64,000 nucleotides of DNA, taken from IMG/VR virus record IMGVR_UViG_3300001598_001791, positions 14,432-78,431 of that record; one strand, written 5' to 3'. This document shows positions 1-11,455 of the stretch, piece by piece (the stretch's first letter is position 1; each line of letters begins with the position of its first letter). The notes beneath the pieces were generated by a model. It saw only the letters and a list, made by a program, of their open reading frames with translations, ran no database searches and had not been told where the DNA came from. This stretch comes from a virus (taxonomy: Duplodnaviria > Caudoviricetes). The position numbers and the translations under genes are program-made.

Positions 1-2
1 AA

Positions 3-272
3 ATATATGAATTAGAAGACTCTGACGTAGTATTTTTTGGATTAACATTTCCGCATCAACCTTTTGAAAAGGCTATCTTGAAGAAGGAATACACAAAGGA
101 TGATCTTGATGAAAATAATAACTTAATTATAAAATTACTTCCAGAAGATACCATTAGATTATTACCCGGTAATTATTATTACTCAGTAAAAATTTTATAT
201 CATGATGAAGTTGATAATATTTCGAAAATCGATACAATAATTGACAAAACAAAATTTATTTTAGTTGATTAA
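3..272 (+). CDS. Partial virion protein, possibly BppU-like baseplate upper protein N-terminal domain (5' end outside window)
   Basis: Frame open from position 3 to TAA at 270-272; ends ...PGNYYYSVK...IDTIIDKTKFILVD, a pattern I associate with BppU-type Ig-like domains. Confidence 0.45.
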   Translation: MYELEDSDVVFFGLTFPHQPFEKAILKKEYTKDDLDENNNLIIKLLPEDTIRLLPGNYYYSVKILYHDEVDNISKIDTIIDKTKFILVD

Positions 273-282
273 GGAGAATGCC

Positions 283-2937
283 ATGAAGAAAATAAAAGTT
301 ATAGAAGGAACTATTGCTAATTCCTTGAAAGCTATTTGAGGAAATATTGGTGGTGATATAGAAAACCAAGATGACTTAGTAGAATATATTGATGAGAAGG
401 TTTCTTCATCTGAAGGAACTCTTGATACCAAGATAACATCAGAAACTAATAATAGAGTTTCCGCTGATGTTGTTTTACAAAATAATATAAACCAAGAAAA
501 ATCTTTACGTGAAAGTGCTGATCAAGTTCTTTCAGATAGAGTTACTACTGAAAAGACTCAAAGAGAATCTTCTGATGAGACATTATCTAGTAATATCTCG
601 GCTAACTCATATGCTATTTCAAATGAAGTTTCTAATAGGACTTCTGAGATCTTACGTGTCGATGGAAGAATTGATACTGAAGCTACCACTAGACAAACAG
701 CTGATTCTTCACTCCAGTCAGCAATAAACCAAGAAGTTATTGACAGAAAAACTGCTATTGAAAATGAAGAAACCTCTAGAGTTGAAAATGATACCCTGTT
801 AAATGGTAGAATAGATAATTTACCAAAATACAATTTATATAAGGGTACTTTGGGCGTCGGTGGTACTATTACTTCATTGCCTACTGCATCAGCAGATACA
901 GTTGGTCATGTATATAGAGTTATTAGTAATGGGATTTACGGTGTTGATAATGCTGTAGTTAATGATTTATTTATTGGAGTTAATGATAGTAAAACCTGGC
1001 TAATTAATGATATTCCTGTAATTGACAACGGTATTACTACATTTACTGATAATTTTATTTCTAACAATATTACTTATTCCCAGATGAAATTAACTGGAAT
1101 TACCCTGCCAGGGATTGGAAAAGTTTATACTATTGACTATGATGATACCCAAGTTTATTCAAGCAGAAATACACCATCATGGGTAGACAGATCATATCAA
1201 CGAATTTATTTAACCAGTGATCCGTCAGAAGATCTCTTAACTTGGTTGAAGAATAATACTACAAACGGTGGATATCATTGGGTTTTAATCCCTTCTGGTT
1301 ATGTAGGAACTGTTACTAAAATTGAAACAGGTACTGGCCTTTCAGGTGGCCCAATTACTTCTACAGGGACAATCTCGGTTAATTATAGTGAAGTACAAGC
1401 TAAATTAACTCCAGGTGAACGAATTAGTATAAATAATAATACAATTAGTACTACGGCTAATGCTGTTAGTGTATCAAATACTGGAACTGCGACAGATGAA
1501 GTTCAGTATATTACAATTGATGGAGTAGAGAAGAAATTATCTGGATCAAGCATTACTGAGTATTTAAAAAATGCTTCGGTTGAGAATAATAAATTAACTT
1601 TAGTTAAAAATGATTCATCATCTATTATATATAATCCAGATATCCCTACAAAAACAAGTCAATTACAAAATGACAGTGGTTTCTTAACAAGCCATCAAAG
1701 TTTAAGTGAATATAGAAAATGGGCTGATCAAGATATTATTGATGCTCAAAAACAACCATTGTTAACACAAGGACAAAATATTGTAATAGAAAATAATGTT
1801 ATTAGTGCCATAGATACTACTTATACACAAGGTGAAAAAATAGAGATCACTAATAACACTATCAGTACTACTGCTAATGAAGTTAGTGTATCAAATGCTG
1901 GAACATCAACTGATGAAGTTAGTTATATTACAATCGATGGTACTGAGAAGAAAATTGCTGGTGAACCTAGTGAATTTATCAAGAGTGCTTCCGTTAGCAA
2001 TAAGATATTAACTTTAACTAATAAAGATGGTAGTACTGTAACATTTACAGATACAGGATCTATTGTTAGTGTAAGTAATACGGGTACTTCTACCGACACT
2101 GTTCAATACATTACAATTGATGGGGTAGAAAGAAAGCTGGCCGGTGGTGGAACTGGAAGTGGTACCGTTACTGAAGTTAGAACTGGTGCTGGCCTTACTG
2201 GTGGACCTATTACATCAAGTGGAGAGATTTCTCATTCTACAAGTGGTGTTACTGCAGGAACATATACAAAAGTAACAGTTAATAATTTAGGACATGTTAC
2301 TAATGGTACGACCTTGGGCGCAAGTGATATTCCAAATTTAACACTATCTAAGATTACAGATATTACTGCTACAGCTACAAATTTAAATTACACAAGCGGA
2401 GTAACTAGTAATATTCAAACACAATTAAATAATAAACAATCTACATTATCTGCACAAACTGCCTATAGTGCTAAAGGTAGTTCTACCAAAGTTCCCCAAA
2501 TTACAACTAATAGTCTCGGACAAGTAACCGGAATTACCGAAGTAGCTATTGCTCACCAGGATATCAGTGGAAAACAAGATACACTAGTTTCAGGAACAAA
2601 TATTAAGACAGTAAATAGCACTACACTACTTGGAAGTGGTAATTTAACTACACCATTATCAAGAATTAAATCTGGTGTTGATGTTTCTACTAGTAATTGG
2701 TCAGGTAGCTCTACTAGCTATTTTACAAAGACAATCACTCTGTCTAATTCAGGAATTACTTCTGACGATAACCCAATAGTTGATATTGACTTATCTGAGG
2801 TTACTACTAGCTCATCGGCTAAAACTAAATTAACTGAGTACAGTAAAATACTTAAAGTTACTACTGGTACTAATAGTATTACTCTGTATGCATTAGAAGT
2901 ACCTACAGAAGCTTTTAAAATTATGATTAAATATTAG
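283..2937 (+). CDS. Tail fibre / long virion protein (884 aa in code 4)
   Basis: RBS AAGGAG, ATG 283; one TGA in AIWGNIGGDIENQDDL; open in frame into track ORF 850-2937; N-terminal E..R..D..L coiled-coil repeats, Thr/Ser/Gly-rich body with internal repeats. Confidence 0.7.
1462..2145 (+). repeat. Three internal copies of a ~28-aa repeat (VSVSNxGTxTDxVxYITIDGxExKxxG) in the fibre protein
   Basis: Copies start near 1462, 1879 and 2062; GLxGGPITSxGxIS also occurs twice. Confidence 0.85.
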
Positions 2938-2949
2938 TTGAGGTAATTT

Positions 2950-3489
2950 ATGGGAAATGCATTTATTCGTAGACATGGTCTCCCAGTTCAAATAGAGGAG
3001 ATAACAGAATTTCCACAATGTTGTGGCTCTATTATTAGCAATGATCCATCCTCTACTAACACAGCAGTCAACTCCTTAACAGGTAATGCTGTTTATAACG
3101 CATCAGGTGTTGCTATTTCTCCAACAAAAAGTTTAGATAAATATTATTTGATATTTGATGGCGAAGAGTGATCATCTTCACCAGACAGAGGATGCTATAA
3201 TCTTGATACTAATAATTCAATAACTATATATTTATATTTGAAGAATGGACAATCATTTAGACCCACTAGTGTTACAAATAGTGGCCACGTCATGAGTCAC
3301 ACCGCAGATGCAACAGTAAAGGCATATGGCGGTTATGGTACTTCTGATTTATTGGCCACATTAACTACAAAAGGTACGACATCAATCACTACAGACAATT
3401 ATTATTCAATTATTACAATAGTTATAGGCCCAAATACCGCTGAAACTGATGTGGGTGAACTTACATTTAATGGGTACTGGAAACATTAA
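2950..3489 (+). CDS. Hypothetical virion-associated protein (179 aa, code 4)
   Basis: Track ORFs 2950-3171 and 3238-3489 are one frame joined through TGA 3169-3171; RBS GAGG. Confidence 0.7.
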
Positions 3490-3534
3490 AAAATAATTGT
3501 ATTATATATTGAATTCATTGGAGGTACTACATCG

Positions 3535-4449
3535 ATGAATACAGAGTTATTTAGTAATTTATCAGATCAAGAAAAAGAATATGTACTTAAAATTTTAGAT
3601 GGTATTTCAAAAAATGATAACTCAGAATTAACTAAACTGTTATATGAAGATTATAGAGAAATACCTGTAGACATAAATACTTTTTTACATGATCCTTATT
3701 ATTTAGGAAGAGGTTTGATTGATGGTGAGGGGAGATTTACTTTATTTCCTTATTGAGAGGAATTATTAAAGAAAATATACCCAGACCCACTGAAACCTGC
3801 TATATGTAATACATTAGCTCTTACAGGAGCTATTGGTATTGGTAAATCAACTGAAGCAGTAATCATAGGTATTTATGAATTATATAGAATGATGTGTTTA
3901 AGAGACCCATCAGTTTATTATGGTATCATGAGTACTGATACAATTTCATTTGCAGTTATTAATATTACTTTAGAGGCATCTAAGGGTGTTGCTTGAGATA
4001 AATTTCAAAATCTGATTCAATCTTCAGGATGGTTTATGAATCATGGAAAAATGGCCGGTATAAATAAACCTGAATGAGTTCCTGATACTCAATATAAAAT
4101 TGATTTAATTTGTGGATCTCAGCCAAGACATTTTATTGGTAAAGCATTATATTGGTGTTTAGATGGTGATACAGTTATAGCTACAACAGATGGCAATAAG
4201 AAGTTAAGTGAACTAACTAATAAAATAATACAAGTGTTTACTATTAACGAAAAAGGTGAAGTTGTTGTAAGTGAAGAGTGCACAGTAAAACCTACAGCTG
4301 TAGAAGATATAGAATATCAAATAGAACTAGATGATGGTTCAGTAATAAAATGTACACCTACACATAAATTTATGCTAAAAGATGGTTCATATAAGGAAGC
4401 ACAATTTTTAACTGAAGAAGATGAATTATATGATGTGGAGGTTTCTTAA
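3535..4449 (+). CDS. terL: Terminase large subunit, N-terminal half fused to split-intein N fragment
   Basis: Code-4 ORF with 3 TGA; Walker A GAIGIGKS; extein ends ALYW, then intein CLDGDTVIAT; stop TAA 4447-4449. Confidence 0.88.
4156..4446 (+). other. Split intein N fragment (97 aa)
   Basis: Block A CLDGDTVIATTDGNKKLSEL; block B IKCTPTHKF; ends at a stop with no C-terminal HN. Confidence 0.9.
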
Positions 4450-5136
4450 ATGAAAGTTATTAAAGAACAAAAGCATTTTGGCTATATTTATAAACTTACA
4501 ATGATTCCCACAGGTAAAATATACATAGGTAAAAGAGAAAAAGATAAAATTGATGTAGGTTATTATGGGTCAGGCAGAGATTGAAAGATTGATCTTAAAA
4601 AATATGGTAAAGAAAATGTTAAAGTTGAAATACTTGATTGAGCAGATTCAAGAGATGAATTAAGAGAAAAAGAAGTTTATTGAATTAAGGAGTATAATTC
4701 TCAAAATAAAGAAATTGGTTACAATGTTCATAAAGGTGGTGCTGGTGGAAATTCATTAGGTGATACTGAAGCTTGAGCAGAATTGCATAGAGGTGAGAAA
4801 AATGGTAGATATCATATGCCTGTCAGTCAAGAGACAAGAGATAAAATTGGTGTTGCAAACTCAGGTAAAATAAGATCACAAGAAACAAAAGACAAAATTT
4901 CAGCTTCAACAAAAGGTGTTCCAAAACCAAATGGATTTGGTGATAAAATAAGTGCTGCAAGAAAAGGTGTTCCAAACACATGAGCATGAAAATCAGTTCA
5001 ATGTATAGAAACAGGAAAGATATATAAAACAGTTCATGATGCATCAATTGATACAGGTGCAACAAATATCGCAAGATCTTGCAAATTAGGTGTGACATCA
5101 GGTGGTTATCATTGGAGATATGTAAATGAAAATTAA
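4450..5136 (+). CDS. GIY-YIG homing endonuclease with NUMOD3-like repeats and C-terminal HTH (228 aa, code 4)
   Basis: GYIYKLTMIPTGKIYIG; YYGSG; IGYN; SQETRDKI/SQETKDKIS repeats; VQCIETG...GGYHWRY; 6 in-frame TGA; coupled to both terminase halves (TAAATG and an 11-nt overlap). Confidence 0.9.
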
Positions 5137-5251
5137 ATCAATTAGAAGAACTAAATTATCTTCTTTAAAACAATACTATGATGTCATTAATGCTAATCCA
5201 TATAATAATTTTTTAATTAAAACAAATAAAAGTTATGTTTGTTCTCATAAT
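5126..5251 (+). other. Split intein C fragment (42 aa)
   Basis: Block F YYDVINANPYNNF, terminal His-Asn, followed by +1 Cys at 5252. Confidence 0.9.
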
Positions 5252-6640
5252 TGCTTTATGGATGAAGTGAGTTTTCAACCAAATCAAGACATTAATCGTC
5301 AGAAGGAGAAGGCTACAGAATTAGTATCTTCTGCAACTGCACGTATGCAATCACGTTTCATGAGAAATGATGTTAATCCTACAATTCTTGTAATGGCATC
5401 ATCAAAAAGAACTGAACAATCATTCTTAGAAACATGGATTGAAAACAAAAAGAAAAATGATAGTAAAACTACTATTGTTATAGATGAACCTCAATGGATT
5501 ATTAGAGCAGATAAACAGTCTGAAAGAACATTTAAAGTAGCAGTTGGTAATAAATTTCTTGTATCAGAAGTACTACCCCTAGACTTAACAGAAGATGAAA
5601 TTGGCTATTATAGAGAAAAGGGGTATAAAATTATCGATGTTCCAATAGGATACTATGAAACATTTATAGATAATATTGATATTGCTCTTACTGATGTTGC
5701 CGGTATTTCAACTACTAGCATCAGTGCCTATATTTCTGGGGCAAGGCTATCACAAACAAAAACTGAGAAAATTGAGAATCCTTTTGTTAAAGATATTATT
5801 GAAGTCGGTGATGGTAAAGATGACTTACAACAATATTCCGATTTCTTTAATTTAGATAAAGTAGACCCTAAGATGAAATCAAAACCCTTATTTATACATC
5901 TTGATATGTCTCTTACTGAAGATAAGACTGGACTGTGTGGTGTGTGAATAAAAGGTAAAAAACCACCACAAGATGGTGTTCCAGAGAGCCGTGAATTATA
6001 TTATCAACTGTCATTTGTTGTGTCCATAAAGGCACCAAAAGGGCATCAGGTTTCATTTGAGAAGACAAGAAATTTTATTTATTGGCTAAAAAAACAAGGT
6101 TTCAACATAAAGGGGATAACCTCAGATACTTATGCTAGGTCAGGTATAGAACAGGATCTAATTTCAAAAGGATACAATTATGGGATACTGTCAGTTGATA
6201 GGACTAAAGATCGTATCTGCGAACCATATGAATACCTTAAAAACACTATATATGAGCAAAGAATACTATTACCTAGATATGGAGTTAATTTACTGACTGA
6301 AGAATTGGTTGGCCTGAAGCGAGATAATAATTCAGGAAAAATAGACCATGACCCGTCTGGAATAAATAGTAAAGATAGTTCTGACGCCTTGTGTGGAGCT
6401 TTATGGACTGCATCCCAACATGCTGAAGAGTTTGCATATGACTTCGGTGAAAATGCCCAAGCTTTATTAGATTTTAATAATGATCTTGGAATAACTGAAT
6501 ATAATGAAGAATTTGAAGAATCTATAAAATTAGCTAAAAAGAAATCTTTATATACACAGAATGAAGATTCTAATTATCTTGATTTTGGGTATGGTATCCC
6601 GATGGAATTACCCTTTGAAGATGGAATAATGCTATTTTAG
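5126..6640 (+). CDS. terL: Split-intein C fragment fused to terminase large subunit C-terminal half (Walker B plus nuclease)
   Basis: MKIKSIRR...YVCSHN|CFMDEV (Walker B); TGA 5945-5947 joins track ORFs; nuclease motifs HLDMS and DSSDALCG. Confidence 0.88.
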
Positions 6641-6667
6641 TATATAATATTATGGAGGAATTAACTA

Positions 6668-8587
6668 ATGACACCAAATGAAATAAATGTAGAAAAGGAA
6701 GAAATCTTTCAAAACATAAATTATAAAAATAGAGTAATATCAGAGCCAAGCCCTAGTAAAATACCTGATGTAGATACCAGGGGTAGTTTTTATGGATATC
6801 TCATGGACTCAGCTGAAACATCATCTCTTGATATTAATACTTTGAGCTCATTTACTTCAATTTCTAGATCTCGTGATAGTGTTTATACACTATTAGATGT
6901 TATGGCAGAAGACCCTATGATATCATCGGCTATTAAAATTTATGCAGCAGATGTATGTGAACCAAATGATCAAGGCCAAATAGTCTGGTGTAATTGTGAT
7001 GATCCAAGAATCTTAAATGAAGTAAATAATTTATTAGATTCGTTAAATGTTAATAAAAATTCTGTAGATTGGGTTACTTCATTAATTAAATATGGTGATA
7101 TGTATTTGAGATTGTATAGACAGTCAGATTTTAGATTATTTGATCGATACATGGATGAATTCAGGAGAAACCAAGATGACTATAAGAAAAAGAAACTTGA
7201 TGAGAATTACATCCCACCTGAAAGAAATACTTTAGAAGAAGATCTCAAACTATTTGATTATTCTAAAAATGACAGATATGCTGAGTATATGGAGTTGGTA
7301 AAAAATCCAGCACAAGTTTTTGATCTACAAAAATACGGCAAGTCATATGGTTACATTAAGACCACTACGGCACCAACTAACATCAGAAATGACTCTTTAC
7401 AACCTAGATTAGAAACAAGATGGAATTATAGATATGATCAAGATGATGTAGAAATATATGAAGCAACAGAATTTGTTCATGCTTGTTTGACTGATAATTC
7501 ATGTAGAACTGATGAGGAAATTTCATTAACAACTGGATCAAGTGGTACTACTGAAATTACTTTTAATGTAAGACGTGGACAATCTTTGTTATATAACTCT
7601 TTCAAAATTTGGCGCGAACTTACTTTATTAGAAAACGCTGTTTTATTAAATAGAATCACCCAATCATCACTTATTAGATGTGTAAACGTTGAAGTACCTG
7701 ATATGGATCAAAGTGAAGCTAAAAACATTTTAAGGAGAGTCAAGGGTTTATTTGAGCAAAAGTCGGCCTTGAATCTTGGAAATAATATGCAAGATTATAC
7801 AAATGCTGGCCCTATTCAAAATACAATTTATATTCCTACTCACAATGGAATTGGAAATATTTCTGTTACAAGTGTTGGCGGTGATGTTCAAGTAGGAGAT
7901 CTTACTGATTTAGATTATTGGAAAAATAAATTATCTGGATCATTAGGTATCCCGAAGCAATACTTAGGTGATACTTCCGATTCAACTGGTTTCAATGGTG
8001 GTAGTTCTTTAAGTATTATTTCAAGTAGATATGCCAAGACGGTAAAGTCAATTCAAAATATCTATTTACAATCTATTACAGATGCAGTTAATCTTATTTT
8101 ATTAGATAAGGGATTGCGTAATTATATAAATAAATTTACATTAAGAATGCAAGAACCTACTACACAAGAAGAAAAGGATAGAAGAGATAATCTTTCAACT
8201 CAATTAAATTCTATTAGAGAAATAATGGGGTTAGTTGAAGACATTGAAAATAGAAAGATTAAGCTAGAAATTCTTAAGTCATTGTTATCTAGTGCCTTAA
8301 ACAATGAAGATGTTGTACAATTAATTCAAGAAGAGATTGACTCAATTTCTGAAACTACTAATTCTACTAGAGATGAATTAGGCGACAGTGACTTTGATGA
8401 TATTAATTTTGAACCTAGTGAATCTGAAGGACCATCTCATATGGGAAATAGTGAACCTTCATCTCCTGTATCTTCTGCAGGTGAAAATGAAACACCTATT
8501 GAAACGGCAGAAGCCCCAGCTGCCGGCGGAGATGATTTCTTAGAAACTTTTGAAGAAATGGGAGTTTCTTATAGAAACGTCTTATAG
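6668..8587 (+). CDS. Portal protein (T4 gp20-like)
   Basis: 639 aa directly after terminase; LIKYGDMYLRL, LENAVLLNRITQS, LGIPKQYLG resemble T4-type portals; acidic tail. Confidence 0.8.
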   Translation: MTPNEINVEKEEIFQNINYKNRVISEPSPSKIPDVDTRGSFYGYLMDSAETSSLDINTLSSFTSISRSRDSVYTLLDVMAEDPMISSAIKIYAADVCEPNDQGQIVWCNCDDPRILNEVNNLLDSLNVNKNSVDWVTSLIKYGDMYLRLYRQSDFRLFDRYMDEFRRNQDDYKKKKLDENYIPPERNTLEEDLKLFDYSKNDRYAEYMELVKNPAQVFDLQKYGKSYGYIKTTTAPTNIRNDSLQPRLETRWNYRYDQDDVEIYEATEFVHACLTDNSCRTDEEISLTTGSSGTTEITFNVRRGQSLLYNSFKIWRELTLLENAVLLNRITQSSLIRCVNVEVPDMDQSEAKNILRRVKGLFEQKSALNLGNNMQDYTNAGPIQNTIYIPTHNGIGNISVTSVGGDVQVGDLTDLDYWKNKLSGSLGIPKQYLGDTSDSTGFNGGSSLSIISSRYAKTVKSIQNIYLQSITDAVNLILLDKGLRNYINKFTLRMQEPTTQEEKDRRDNLSTQLNSIREIMGLVEDIENRKIKLEILKSLLSSALNNEDVVQLIQEEIDSISETTNSTRDELGDSDFDDINFEPSESEGPSHMGNSEPSSPVSSAGENETPIETAEAPAAGGDDFLETFEEMGVSYRNVL

Positions 8588-8640
8588 TCTGTATAATATA
8601 ACATAATCAAAGTTGTTAATAACAAATTGGAGGTAGACAA

Positions 8641-9096
8641 ATGATAACAAAGTCAGATGTAATTCTTCTTTTAACTGAATTACAGAATAAAGGTATCGAT
8701 GTTTCAGGTGAAGTTAAAAATGTCTTGAGCTCACCATCTATTTCTATCGATGCATTGAAAAAAATTAACGAAAATAGACCACTTGATGTTTTGAACTTTT
8801 ACAACAAATTAAGAAAATCATATAACCAAAAAAGATCTAAGTTATATATCAACATCATGAAAAGTGATGAAAATGTTCTAGAAGACCCAAAGACAATTCT
8901 TACAACATTATCTGCTTTATTAAATCAGATATTACAATATAACGCAAATGATCAAGTTATGTTTTATAAACATTCTAGAGCTGATGAAATTGTAAAAGTT
9001 TTACAGATATATTTTACTAAATACAATTTAGAGCCGGCTAGACAATTGTTAACTCTATATAAGGCTGATATAAAAGTAATGGAAATGACGAAATAA
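8641..9096 (+). CDS. Hypothetical protein in head module
   Basis: 151-aa ORF with GGAGG RBS. Confidence 0.65.
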   Translation: MITKSDVILLLTELQNKGIDVSGEVKNVLSSPSISIDALKKINENRPLDVLNFYNKLRKSYNQKRSKLYINIMKSDENVLEDPKTILTTLSALLNQILQYNANDQVMFYKHSRADEIVKVLQIYFTKYNLEPARQLLTLYKADIKVMEMTK

Positions 9097-9162
9097 TATG
9101 AAAATAAAGATGTTTTCATTGCTAAAATTATTATATAAATTAAATTATGGAGGTAAGAGCAC

Positions 9163-11421
9163 ATGTTAAAAAAGTTAGATGAAAATATGTCTCTGAGATT
9201 TAGAAATCTAGACCCTAAATATAAAAAAGAAAAAAATGTTTTAGGTAGATTCTACGGTGAGGTTGCTACTTTTGGTGGTCAAACTAGAAACGGGAGACTC
9301 TATTCTGAAAAGTTATGGGAAAAACTATTTGAATCTGATCTTATTAAAGAGAGATTTGCTAATGGTGGAATTTTTGGTGAATTGTGTCATCCTGACAGAG
9401 AAGAAGTTGATTTTGAAAAAGTTGCAATTGTAATGCCAGAACCACCAGTTAAAGATAAAGACGGATCACTTATCGGATATGTAGATATTTTAGATACTCC
9501 ATGTGGCCGTATTGCTTATCAGTTAGCAAAATATGGATATAAGTTTGGTATTAGTTCAAGAGGTACTGGTGACTTAGTTGATGGCCCTAATGGCGAAGAA
9601 GTTGATCCTGATACATATTCATTAACCGCCTTTGACCTTGTAGAAATGCCAGGTGTATATGGTGCGAGAATGTCTTTTGCCGAATCATTAGATACTAAGA
9701 AATATAATAAAACATTAAAACAAAGATTATCTGAAGAATTAGAAAATTCAGAAGGAAGAGATAAAGAAATTATGGAAGAGTCTTTAAAAGAATTAAATAT
9801 CATCTTAAATGAAAATACTAATGAAGACTTCAGCCCTTATGGTTATTCTAAAGCTATTAAAGCTATTTCTGATGGTATTGAAAATGATACAGATTTAGAT
9901 GGTTTACAAAAATACTTACAAAATATTGTTGGATTCTGTAAGTCTATTGCTGATGATTATGATCTGGCTATAGAAGGTATCAGCGAAGAACTTGTAGAGA
10001 AACAATGCCAAGAATCAATTGGAGATGAAATTAAATATATTACAAAAGAAGAAGCTGATAAAGTAATTTCTGAAAGAAATCCAAAAGGTTTGTATATTAT
10101 TAATGAACCAGAAAATAATAAAACAGTTGCTATTGATAATTCTACTGGTGATGCTTGGACTGAAGAATTTGATTCTGAAGAGGAAGCTATTAGATGGTTA
10201 AATGGTGAATTTGAAATGGCTGATAGAGTTAATGAAAAATTCTATTTATCACAAGAACCAGAAAAAGTTGAAAAAGCTAAAGAAGCTTTACAAGCAAATG
10301 TTGATTGTAAAGAGTTAGTTTCTGAATTATTAAGAGTTGCTGATAATGATACTATTGCTAAATTATGTAGACAATTTGGTGTTGAATCAAAAGAATTTGG
10401 TTTTAATATCTTAACTAAAGATGAAGTTAAACAAAAATATGGCACAGAAGATATTTCTGAGTTAGTAGATGAATCATTAGAAAATGGAAAAACTGATTCA
10501 AGAGAAGCTGATGTTTTAGATAAGATATTTACATATTTAAGAGACGAATACACGGATGAAGAATTCGTTAAATTAGCTAAACAAAAATTTGGTATGACAG
10601 ATGAAGAATTAGCTAATTTCTGTGGTTTAAATGAATCTATCAGCGAAAGCTGTGGAGATATAGAAGTTGTTAAAGAAAATGAAGAAGCTGACTGTGTCAG
10701 AGATGAATTATTAGTTAACGAACTTCAACAAACTTTATTGAAAAATAAAGAGTTAGAAAAAGATAATTTGGAACTTCAAGAAAAATTATCGGTTTGCAGT
10801 GCAAAAGAAATTAGTTTAGAAGAAGAGCTAAAGAAGTATAAAACTTCTACAGCTTCATTAAGTGAAACTGCTAAAAAGGTTAAAGATCTGAAAGAAGAAA
10901 ATAGCCGTTTAACAGAAGAACTTAGACAAAATGAAAAATTACTTATTTCTGACAAAAGAAGATTCGAAAGATTAGGAGAACAAAGAAATAGCTATTCAAA
11001 GAAACTTGAAAAATCTATTGATGAGGTCAACAGTCTTAAGGATCAAGTAGTATCTCTTAAAGAGAATTTAGAGAAATCCTCTAAGAGAACTGAGGACTAT
11101 GAATTATCTATTAAGAAATACCAAAAAGCTTTAAAAGAATCAAAAGATTTATATATTAGAGCTAAGGCTGACTCATACAACCTATCAGTTGATGAAGTTA
11201 AGTCAAATTTGAGTGAATCATTCAAATTAAAAGAAGTTGATTCAATTTGTGAAGATCTATATAATCAAAAGAAGAATTTAAATAAACTACCATTCAGAAT
11301 CACTGAAGATGTTAAGATAAATGCTAAATCATCTAAAAATGAATATCTTGGTAGAGACACTTTCTATGATGATGATAATATTGATTCTTTACTTAAGATG
11401 GCCAACTTATTTGAAAAATAG
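9163..11421 (+). CDS. Prohead protease (T4 gp21-like) with long acidic/coiled-coil scaffold-like C-terminus
   Basis: RNGRLYSEKLW, FGELCHP, ILDTPCG, GISSRGTG, FDLVEMPG motifs; directly upstream of the capsid gene. Confidence 0.8.
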   Translation: MLKKLDENMSLRFRNLDPKYKKEKNVLGRFYGEVATFGGQTRNGRLYSEKLWEKLFESDLIKERFANGGIFGELCHPDREEVDFEKVAIVMPEPPVKDKDGSLIGYVDILDTPCGRIAYQLAKYGYKFGISSRGTGDLVDGPNGEEVDPDTYSLTAFDLVEMPGVYGARMSFAESLDTKKYNKTLKQRLSEELENSEGRDKEIMEESLKELNIILNENTNEDFSPYGYSKAIKAISDGIENDTDLDGLQKYLQNIVGFCKSIADDYDLAIEGISEELVEKQCQESIGDEIKYITKEEADKVISERNPKGLYIINEPENNKTVAIDNSTGDAWTEEFDSEEEAIRWLNGEFEMADRVNEKFYLSQEPEKVEKAKEALQANVDCKELVSELLRVADNDTIAKLCRQFGVESKEFGFNILTKDEVKQKYGTEDISELVDESLENGKTDSREADVLDKIFTYLRDEYTDEEFVKLAKQKFGMTDEELANFCGLNESISESCGDIEVVKENEEADCVRDELLVNELQQTLLKNKELEKDNLELQEKLSVCSAKEISLEEELKKYKTSTASLSETAKKVKDLKEENSRLTEELRQNEKLLISDKRRFERLGEQRNSYSKKLEKSIDEVNSLKDQVVSLKENLEKSSKRTEDYELSIKKYQKALKESKDLYIRAKADSYNLSVDEVKSNLSESFKLKEVDSICEDLYNQKKNLNKLPFRITEDVKINAKSSKNEYLGRDTFYDDDNIDSLLKMANLFEK

Positions 11422-11455
11422 GCCAAATATTAATTGAAAGGTATAAAATTTTAAA

